DNA of 64,000 nucleotides from a virus. Positions 10,180 through 17,344 of this stretch are shown in pieces. Below the pieces are notes generated by a model. That model was not told the origin of the DNA. It saw nothing but the letters and a program-made list of their open reading frames with translations, and did not search any database. The stretch lies in the IMG/VR virus record IMGVR_UViG_3300042475_004151. One strand, given 5' to 3'. Each line of letters opens with the position of its first letter. Position 1 is the first letter of the stretch. The translations under genes and the position numbers were made by a program.

Positions 10180-10575
10180 TTAACCTCTTTTGATTCGTGA
10201 CTTTGATTTTTTAATTATTCTTTTTTTTTGAGGTGGTGTTCCACCTGTTTTTATATTTTTAATAAAATCTGTTGGGTTGTTAGCAAAGTTTGTAGATATC
10301 TTAACTATGCCTGTTAATAACTCAGGAGAGTTTAATCCTACCAATCCATAAGTAATAGCTTTATACATGGATGGCACTTCAAACTGCTCTAATATGAACC
10401 AAGCAATTAGAGAAGCAATCATGGAGGCAGATATATTACTAATAACTTGTGAAGGAGTTTTATCTTCAGGATTCTTGCTTGTCGCAAGCCTGGCGATCAT
10501 TCCTGCTGCTCCAATAAGTAATACTATCCAACCTCCATTTAGGAATAATGGAACAAATTTACTTAGGTTATCCAT
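10180..10575 (-). CDS. Multi-pass membrane protein, holin-like candidate
   Basis: About three hydrophobic helices and a basic C-terminal tail. Confidence 0.45.
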   Translation of the reverse strand: MDNLSKFVPLFLNGGWIVLLIGAAGMIARLATSKNPEDKTPSQVISNISASMIASLIAWFILEQFEVPSMYKAITYGLVGLNSPELLTGIVKISTNFANNPTDFIKNIKTGGTPPQKKRIIKKSKSRIKRG

Positions 10576-10585
10576 TATTGTTTAT

Positions 10586-10828
10586 TTACTCTGCTTCTTT
10601 TTTCTTGTTAATGAACTTATCTACAGAAGCAATTCCGAAACAAGCAATTGTTAATACTTTAAATGAATCATAAATAAATTCATTTACTAACAATGGTTTG
10701 TTCATGGCGCCTGTAACTATATCAGCTATAGCAAATGCACACATCATGCAAAATGCTAAAAAACCAATAATAGCTTTTTCATTAATAGTGTTGTTGTCGT
10801 CAAATAATTGACTGAAGAATTTTTTCAT
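10586..10828 (-). CDS. Two-TM membrane protein
   Basis: Two hydrophobic helices with charged termini. Confidence 0.55.
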   Translation of the reverse strand: MKKFFSQLFDDNNTINEKAIIGFLAFCMMCAFAIADIVTGAMNKPLLVNEFIYDSFKVLTIACFGIASVDKFINKKKEAE

Positions 10829-10909
10829 ACTTTTAATTTTTATTTAAACAGAAAAAGATTGTATATATTAATATACAACCTAATTTATTACACATATAAA
10901 TATTATAGT

Positions 10910-10939
10910 AAAAAAAAAGGCAACCATTGCTGGTTGCCT
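10910..10939 (-). terminator. Rho-independent terminator
   Basis: AGGCAACCA/TGGTTGCCT stem followed by a U-tract on the minus strand. Confidence 0.75.
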
Positions 10940-11001
10940 GGAATAAAAACTTAGCCTGGGACAGTAAAACTTTTGAGAACTGTGCTAAGTATTATTTATT
11001 T

Positions 11002-12003
11002 TTAAGTCCATCCATATACAATATCTTTTGCTCTCTCTGGACCATACCATTTTAATAATTTTTCTCTATTTATTTTTAAAAATTCATCTCTAGTTTCAGT
11101 TGGTACCCATTCAAAATTTTCTTGTCCCATTTTATAATCAGCGGCGAAAAAATCAATTTCTGGATGTCTAATGTGATGAGCTATATCCCATGTTCCACAA
11201 ATCATAGTATTATAATTGATAGCAAATACTGAATTAAGTATAATACTAACCCATTCAAATGCTTGTATCCAATGACTTGTTTGAAGTATTGGATACATAT
11301 CATTACTGTTATAAGTTTGTTTTGTTATGTCATTCCATAAATTGAAATATAACTCTATTAACTTAATATCATTAAACCAAAATCCTCTTATCCAACCATC
11401 AAATGTAATATCACCTATATAATTTTCTTTCCATTCAAATAAATATGAATCATTTAAATTATCTATTCGTACATTATACTTAGTAAATATATTTTTAAAA
11501 TAATTATTAGATAATAAATGAGCAAAATCACCACCTTCACCTAACATAGGAGAACCAAATAATAAATTTTTAGTTGCTCCTAATTCATTGAATTTATCAA
11601 GTGCAGGTTGAGGATTGAAAACATAATTTACTTTTACACCACAGTCTACTAAAGCAAATTTTGTTATATTATTTTCTATTGCCCACTTCATTCCGTACCT
11701 CATTATACCCATAGGAAATTTATAGCTTTCCTTATATAACTCTCTTAACTGATCCATATATTTTTGGTCATCAGTTTCCTGAATTAGATATTCATGTTCT
11801 TTACTCCAATCATCTCTTAATGATTCTAAATCAGATATTATTAAATTGAAATCAACTTTAACATCCTTTAATATTTCTGGTGTGTTAGTTACAATAACAA
11901 TATTAGCTTCTTTCGGAACAAATTGAAAACTTTGAATAACTGGTTTGATATAATTAGTACCTACAAGAGTGTAGATATAATAAAAATCTTTTAGTTCTGT
12001 CAT
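11002..12003 (-). CDS. Putative GT-A-fold glycosyltransferase-like protein, paralogue of 25643..26512
   Basis: Shares layout with 25643..26512: YTLVGTNY / YSCAGESY, IVTNTPE / IITDDKE, FPMGIMRY / YSFSLMRF, YFNLWNDI / FFDIWNDI. Confidence 0.45.
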   Translation of the reverse strand: MTELKDFYYIYTLVGTNYIKPVIQSFQFVPKEANIVIVTNTPEILKDVKVDFNLIISDLESLRDDWSKEHEYLIQETDDQKYMDQLRELYKESYKFPMGIMRYGMKWAIENNITKFALVDCGVKVNYVFNPQPALDKFNELGATKNLLFGSPMLGEGGDFAHLLSNNYFKNIFTKYNVRIDNLNDSYLFEWKENYIGDITFDGWIRGFWFNDIKLIELYFNLWNDITKQTYNSNDMYPILQTSHWIQAFEWVSIILNSVFAINYNTMICGTWDIAHHIRHPEIDFFAADYKMGQENFEWVPTETRDEFLKINREKLLKWYGPERAKDIVYGWT

Positions 12004-12114
12004 TTGTTTTTTTTATATAAAAATGCTATACCAAATATAGCTGATACTACTAACACTGTTGCTACAGCAACTATATCAATTGTGTTCATATATAATTATT
12101 TATTATAAATATAG

Positions 12115-12508
12115 TGGAGGTAGTGGGATTCGAACCCACGTCTTCGTAATGAACAATAATACCAACGTCTCACACGCTTAGTACTATATTTCTATTGCAC
12201 CGTAATGGGCATGACCGTCATGGTCTGAATCCACCACTCTGTTTTATGACTACAGAGAAAACTAATTCACAGTCCTTATTTAATGAGTCGATTGTGAGTA
12301 CTCAATGAATTCTGTTCCTAGGATTTCATACCCGATGCGGACTAAGCTGCTACAGCGTAGTCGGCGCCTACGAACGCCATAAGGTCGTCGAAGGTCATTG
12401 TTGACATTTCGTCAGTTATTGTTTAGCATGGATATTAAAGAGGTTTGAACGCCTTCCCTCTGCATGTGATACTATCCTCCGATTACGAATCGATACCATG
12501 TTACCCCC
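12115..12508 (-). ncRNA. ssrA: tmRNA (one-piece, ~394 nt)
   Basis: 5' GGGGGTA pairs with 3' TACCTCC-A, giving a G3.U70 Ala identity pair. T-arm GTGGG-TTCGAAT-CCCAC. Resume context AATAACT|GAC. Tag ORF 12413..12342 encodes DEMSTMTFDDLMAFVGADYAVAA-stop. CCA is not encoded. Confidence 0.93.
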
Positions 12509-12521
12509 ATAAATTAAAGAA

Positions 12522-12989
12522 CTATTTATTCTTTCCAGTATATGTACTGGTTAGTGAATGACAGTTTGGGCATAAAAATCTTAAATTAGATAATTCATGA
12601 TTCCATGCTTTACCATCAATATGATCTAAATGTAGTGATAGTTTTTTACCTTTCCAATCTGAAATTCCACACTCATTACATTCATGAGGAATAAGATTTT
12701 CTTGTAAAATACGTTTTCTTACTGATGCTCTTGTTGCGTAGTCTTTTATATTAGTTATTCTTTTTTTAAAATCTTTTTTTAATCCCTTACCAGATTGGTT
12801 TGTGTTATAACAACCATAACCCATGGCGTATTTTCTAAAGGTATTAAAATGTAATCCTAATTTAGAAGCAGCGTGAGCCATTGATTCACTACTATTACAT
12901 ATGTCAATGAACTCTTGTTGTGGAATATTTTTAGGTTTTATTCCTAATTTTTTCCAACTGTTTGATTTTTTAGTATCATATTGTTTCAC
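12522..12989 (-). CDS. Free-standing HNH endonuclease (homing-type)
   Basis: CNECG...LHLDHIDG...N...NLRFLCPNCHS; lies between the tmRNA and tRNA-Leu genes. Confidence 0.88.
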   Translation of the reverse strand: MKQYDTKKSNSWKKLGIKPKNIPQQEFIDICNSSESMAHAASKLGLHFNTFRKYAMGYGCYNTNQSGKGLKKDFKKRITNIKDYATRASVRKRILQENLIPHECNECGISDWKGKKLSLHLDHIDGKAWNHELSNLRFLCPNCHSLTSTYTGKNK

Positions 12990-13035
12990 ATTAATAAATA
13001 TTGGTAGATACTAGAAACTAATATTTTTTTGTATG

Positions 13036-13120
13036 TACCTGGAGCGGGACTTGAACCCGCACGAGCTTTCAGCTCAAAGGTTTTTAAGACCTTCTTGTAT
13101 ACCAATTCCAACATCCAGGC
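13036..13120 (-). tRNA. tRNA-Leu (anticodon TAA)
   Basis: Acceptor GCCTGGA/TCCAGGT-A, D-loop GGAATTGGTATA, anticodon arm AAGGT-CTTAAAA-ACCTT, variable hairpin GAGC-TGAAA-GCTC, T-arm GCGGG-TTCAAGT-CCCGC. Confidence 0.95.
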
Positions 13121-13372
13121 TGGAGTGGGCCTTTCCCCACGGTCAGAAGAACTTAAAACTAACCTACGCACAGTGAGGTATTCTTCATGATTGTTCGCAT
13201 TGCCTAATCTTTGACTAGTATGACTTCGGTTGCCGTGCGTGTCAATAATTTTAGGAAAGTAGAAGATGGGTGCGTGGACATCTACTTTTACGATTGGCTT
13301 TACTTCGGTTCCTACACCTCCTTGCTTACATTCCAACTTTTTAATGAAGGTGTAAGGCTTCCCAATCAACCT
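13121..13372 (-). ncRNA. Putative structured non-coding RNA(s) between the two tRNA-type genes
   Basis: GC-elevated stretch with multiple stems: GATTGG/CCAATC, CCTTACACCTTC/GGAGGTGTAGG, AAAGTAGATG/CATCTTCTACTTT, TTGAC/GTCAA, GAAGAA/TTCTTC, GTGGG/CCCAC. Confidence 0.5.
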
Positions 13373-13390
13373 TTTGTATCTATATTTAAG

Positions 13391-13546
13391 CTGTCAAGGG
13401 AGGATTCGAACCATCCACGCTGTGATTCAATGTTGGACAAAATAGCCGGCTTGTGGTCAACCCATATCCAAACATCTATCTCAAACTCAGCGCCCACGAG
13501 ACGAGTGGGTGTGTCTACCTGCTGATCTAGCTTTCACCACTTGACA
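13391..13546 (-). ncRNA. Non-canonical tRNA-like RNA (GTC at the anticodon position) with a ~75-nt variable arm
   Basis: Acceptor TGTCAAG/CTTGACA-G, D-arm GTG..GGTAGA-CAC, anticodon arm CCCAC-TCGTCTC-GTGGG, long insert closed by CGCTG/CAGCG, T-loop TTCGAAT. Confidence 0.75.
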
Positions 13547-13550
13547 ATTA

Positions 13551-13781
13551 TTAGAATATTTTATTTCTTCTCACTTTAGCTTCTTCTGCTTCACGCGACC
13601 ATCTAACCCATGTCATAGTAATATCAACCGCCGCTAGAATTGGAGCAAATGGAATAATAAATAGAGTTTCTAATCCTGGTGTTGGTCCAATTGGATTTCC
13701 TTCGCCATATACTTTTTTATAGCTTTTAGTCATTTTCCAAACACAATAACTAATACTAATAATGTAAATATACCAAATCAT
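13551..13781 (-). CDS. Small membrane protein
   Basis: Two hydrophobic segments. Confidence 0.55.
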   Translation of the reverse strand: MIWYIYIISISYCVWKMTKSYKKVYGEGNPIGPTPGLETLFIIPFAPILAAVDITMTWVRWSREAEEAKVRRNKIF

Positions 13782-13831
13782 AATTTTTATTTATATATTA
13801 AATATATGTTTTAATTCCAGGTCAAAATTTA

Positions 13832-15502
13832 TTACATCATTCCCATCATATTACCCATTCCTTCATCATCTTTTTTATCTTTAGTTGGTTCCTCATATAT
13901 AACAGTTTCAGTTGTTAATATAGTACCTGCTACAGATGATGCATTTTCAATTGCTAAACGAACTACTTTAGTTGGATCTAATATACCTGCGTCAAGCATA
14001 TTAACAAATGTTTCAGTTTTTAAATCATATCCTCTCCATGTATTATCATATACATCAGTATTTGGGTCTAAAGCTGTTTTACCTAATTCATACATGTACC
14101 AACTTGGATTAGTATAACCAGCATTATCAAGTATTTGAATAAATGGAGCTGATAAAGCACTATAAATTATTTTTTTACCTGTTTTAAAATCTTCACTTTC
14201 TTCTTTACTGTATGTAATAGCTTCTCTAGCATATAATAACGCTGCTCCACCACCGGGTAGTATACCTTCTTCATTAGCGGCACGAGTAGCAAATAAAGCA
14301 TCTTCAACTCTATCTTTATATTCTTTCATATCAATCTCATTCACACCACCAACATTAATAATAGCTACACCACCAATTAATTTACCTAAACGTTCTTGTA
14401 ATTTTTCTTTTTCAAAGAATGATTGAGCATTATCAATTTGTGTTTTAATTTCTATAGCTCTAGCGGTGATTGCTTCTTCAGATCCTTTACCATCAACAAC
14501 AGTTGTTTTTTCTTTACTTACTGTTATTGTTCTAGCTGTACCTAAATAAGATGCTAATTGACTTACAGGCATTTTATCTAATTTCAAACCTTTATCTTTA
14601 GATATAACTTGACCTCCAGTAACAATAGCTAAATCTTCTAATAGTAATGTTTTACGTTCACCAAAATCAGGTGCTTTAACAGCACATACTTTAACAACAC
14701 CTCTCATTTTATTAACAATAAGTGTGGCTAGTGCTTCACCATCAATATCATCAGCTACAATAAGTAATGATTTATTCTCACTATTTACTTTTTGTAATAC
14801 ATTTAATAACTCAGCAGCTGTTGTTATACGACCATCATAAATTAATATAAATGGATCTTCTAAAACTGACTGCATTGTACTATTATTAGTGACAAAATAA
14901 GGTGATTTATATCCTCTATCAAACTGAATACCTTCTACTACTTCAAGTGATGTTTCACCTGTTTTACTTTCCTCAATAGCAACTACTCCTTCTCTACCTA
15001 CTTTATCAATAGCAGTAGCGATTAATTCACCTGTTGACTCATCATTATTAGCTGATATTGTAGCTACTTGTTTTAATTGTTCTTCAGATGAAATGTCTTT
15101 ACTATTTTCTTTTAGAGCTTTAACTACTTGTTTAACAGCAGCATCAATACCCTTTTTGATTTCAACAGCATTTGAACCTGCTCTAACACTATTTAAACCT
15201 TCTTTAATAATAGAATAAGCTAATAGTGTTGTAGTTGTTGTACCATCACCCGCAGTATTAGCGGCTTTAATGGCGGCTTGTTTAATCACCTCAGCACCTA
15301 TGTTTTCAATTGGATCCTTTAAAGTAATTGATTTAGCTACTGTAACACCATCTTTAGTTGATTGAGGTAACTCATTTTGTCTTTCAATAATAACATTACG
15401 ACCAAATGGACCTAATGTTGATACAACTGCTTGAGATAACTTTCTAGCTCCCTCAGCTAGTTTTTGTCTTGCTTCTTGATTATACTCTATAATTTTACTC
15501 AT
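13832..15502 (-). CDS. groEL: Chaperonin GroEL
   Basis: TLGPFGRNV, TKDGVTVAK, GDGTTT, GIQFDRGY, C-terminal GMGNMMGMM. Confidence 0.98.
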   Translation of the reverse strand: MSKIIEYNQEARQKLAEGARKLSQAVVSTLGPFGRNVIIERQNELPQSTKDGVTVAKSITLKDPIENIGAEVIKQAAIKAANTAGDGTTTTTLLAYSIIKEGLNSVRAGSNAVEIKKGIDAAVKQVVKALKENSKDISSEEQLKQVATISANNDESTGELIATAIDKVGREGVVAIEESKTGETSLEVVEGIQFDRGYKSPYFVTNNSTMQSVLEDPFILIYDGRITTAAELLNVLQKVNSENKSLLIVADDIDGEALATLIVNKMRGVVKVCAVKAPDFGERKTLLLEDLAIVTGGQVISKDKGLKLDKMPVSQLASYLGTARTITVSKEKTTVVDGKGSEEAITARAIEIKTQIDNAQSFFEKEKLQERLGKLIGGVAIINVGGVNEIDMKEYKDRVEDALFATRAANEEGILPGGGAALLYAREAITYSKEESEDFKTGKKIIYSALSAPFIQILDNAGYTNPSWYMYELGKTALDPNTDVYDNTWRGYDLKTETFVNMLDAGILDPTKVVRLAIENASSVAGTILTTETVIYEEPTKDKKDDEGMGNMMGMM

Positions 15503-15785
15503 AAATTGCTAATATTTCTGTTTCTTTAGTTACATAATAATCTTCTCCATCCACCATAAATGATACAGCGCCCATCTTAGGTATAAGAACTATATCTCCT
15601 GGTTTAATTTTTGAACAAACATACTCTCCTGTATGCCAATTTAAGGTGTCACTTACTGATATTACTTCTCCTATTTCTGGTTTTTCTTTTCCCATATCAG
15701 GAATTACAATATTGCCATAAGTTGTTTCTTGGTCCTCTAAAGGCTTAATAATAATGTTCCCATTTAATGGTTTTAATTTACTCAT
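15495..15785 (-). CDS. groES: Co-chaperonin GroES
   Basis: LKPLNGNIIIKP, GNIVIPD..KEKP; directly upstream of groEL. Confidence 0.93.
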   Translation of the reverse strand: MSKLKPLNGNIIIKPLEDQETTYGNIVIPDMGKEKPEIGEVISVSDTLNWHTGEYVCSKIKPGDIVLIPKMGAVSFMVDGEDYYVTKETEILAIYE

Positions 15786-15808
15786 AATACTTTATTTTAA
15801 TTAATATA

Positions 15809-16018
15809 CTAATTTTTTGTCTCATAGCCAAGCACTTCAGCTTCTTCTATTTCTTCTAGAAAAAATAAATAACCATCTTTTCTTAAAACTTTATTTGATC
15901 CTATCCATTTCATCATAGTGTCTAATGGTTCACCAGTGTATTTAGGATCATCTATAACACGACGTTTTAAGATATAAAGTTTATCTTGGAATGGAATAAG
16001 CTGGGTTGGTATTAACAT
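15809..16018 (-). CDS. Hypothetical protein
   Basis: ORF within the chaperone operon. Confidence 0.55.
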   Translation of the reverse strand: MLIPTQLIPFQDKLYILKRRVIDDPKYTGEPLDTMMKWIGSNKVLRKDGYLFFLEEIEEAEVLGYETKN

Positions 16019-16046
16019 AACAGAGTTTTGGTAGGTCTCGTTTTAA

Positions 16047-16490
16047 TTATCCTTGTAATAAGGATTTATTGTTTGATTTGATTTCAACTTTTTTAGGTGC
16101 TTTATCAGCTGAATAAGGAACATCAATGATTAATAATCCTTTATCCAATGTAGCATCTAATTTGCTTAAATCAAGTTTAGATGATATTTTCCACGCTAAA
16201 TCAAATGAGCGTTTAGCTATACCTTTTTGGTAGTATGCTTCAAGTGGAATATCACTTTCCTTTTTTTCGTGTTTAATTCTTAATGTATCTGATTCTGTTT
16301 GTATATCTAGATCTTCTTTGTCTAGACCAACTACTGCGAGTTCAAATCGTAACCCGTTTTCTGTCTCGTAGATATCAACTGGGTAGTTGATTTTAGCGTC
16401 AATTGTGTTTTGAAACTTACTGTTTTGGTCAAAAAAATTCTTCCAAAAAATGTCAATTGGGTCTGTTTCCCAATGGGATAAATATGTCAT
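16047..16490 (-). CDS. Small heat-shock protein Hsp20 (IbpA-like)
   Basis: YPVDIYE...LAVVG...KGIAKRSF...LDKGLLII alpha-crystallin pattern. Confidence 0.92.
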   Translation of the reverse strand: MTYLSHWETDPIDIFWKNFFDQNSKFQNTIDAKINYPVDIYETENGLRFELAVVGLDKEDLDIQTESDTLRIKHEKKESDIPLEAYYQKGIAKRSFDLAWKISSKLDLSKLDATLDKGLLIIDVPYSADKAPKKVEIKSNNKSLLQG

Positions 16491-16590
16491 TTTAAACCTC
16501 CTGTGTTTTATGCTCCCCGAAGGTGAGCGATTTTTAATTATTCGTAACTAAGAGACCTACCGTGTCTCTGTTTGTGTTTATAAATATATT
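16491..16590 (-). promoter_or_regulatory. Structured 5' leader of hsp20 with a strong Shine-Dalgarno sequence
   Basis: Hairpins AGAGAC/GTCTCT and GCTCACC-TTCG-GGGAGC; AGGAGGT shortly before the ATG. Confidence 0.55.
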
Positions 16591-17323
16591 AGTTTGTGGA
16601 AAGACGAACTAAATAATAAATAGATTCTATAGAATCTTCTTCAAATGTTAATTTCATTAATCCTTCTTGACTAATCTCTATTTTACCCTTAGTTGTATCA
16701 GAATTTGCTTTTAATATTTCTAACATTATATCAGCAGGGAATGGTATTTCACTTAATCCAAATAATGATTCACAATTATTTTTAAATTTAATTTTATTAG
16801 CGTAACCATTTCCTTCACCTATAGTGATTAACAATTGTGTTCCTTCATTAGCATCATATTCTGTTTTAACTGTAAATTGTTTAGTATCACCTAATGCCTT
16901 TTTAGCGTTAACAAATTTATTAATAAACTCACTATCAATATCTACTGTAGCATCATATGCAGTTGGTTCATTAATATCAGGAACAGACTCAATTAAATTT
17001 AGATCTGATAAGTAATAATTCAAATCATATTGATTATCTGCTAAAGTTAGTTCAAGTGGAGTACCACGTTCGCTTTTATTTAGTTTTAAAACTATATAAT
17101 TATCCATTATCTTGACTAGCTTAACAAATTGACTAGTATTATATATCCCAATTTCACTGTCCTCTAAATCGATGTTAGAACTGGTTATTTTACCTACTAA
17201 GTTTTTAAATGGAGTAATAAAATTGATAACTATATTTTTATTGTTAACAACCCATTTAACTGATTCTACAGTTCCTCCTAAATGGTACTTATCAATAACT
17301 GATGTTAGAATTTGCTTATTCAT
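16589..17323 (-). CDS. DNA sliding clamp (gp45/PCNA-like)
   Basis: 244 aa, IGIYNTSQFVKLV pattern, adjacent to PolB. Confidence 0.7.
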   Translation of the reverse strand: MNKQILTSVIDKYHLGGTVESVKWVVNNKNIVINFITPFKNLVGKITSSNIDLEDSEIGIYNTSQFVKLVKIMDNYIVLKLNKSERGTPLELTLADNQYDLNYYLSDLNLIESVPDINEPTAYDATVDIDSEFINKFVNAKKALGDTKQFTVKTEYDANEGTQLLITIGEGNGYANKIKFKNNCESLFGLSEIPFPADIMLEILKANSDTTKGKIEISQEGLMKLTFEEDSIESIYYLVRLSTN

Positions 17324-17344
17324 ATTTTAAATATAATATATTTT

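Noticed and set aside
13121-13390. tRNA-associated HDV-like (theta) or hammerhead ribozyme
   Set aside because: GGCAA..GCGAA resembles HDV J4/2, but I could not build the nested double pseudoknot, it is not at a tRNA 3' end, and no CUGANGA/GAAA core is present. A covariance search is needed to exclude it fully.
13415-13492. Group I intron in the tRNA-like gene
   Set aside because: The insert is only about 75 nt, lies in the variable arm rather than the anticodon loop, and lacks a recognisable catalytic core.
12986-13525. ORFs 12986..13369 (-) and 13211..13525 (+)
   Set aside because: They overlap tRNA-Leu, the tRNA-like RNA and GC-rich stems, and have no protein-like motifs.
15786-16590. 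CIRCE operator for the chaperone genes
   Set aside because: No TTAGCACTC-N9-GAGTGCTAA was found.
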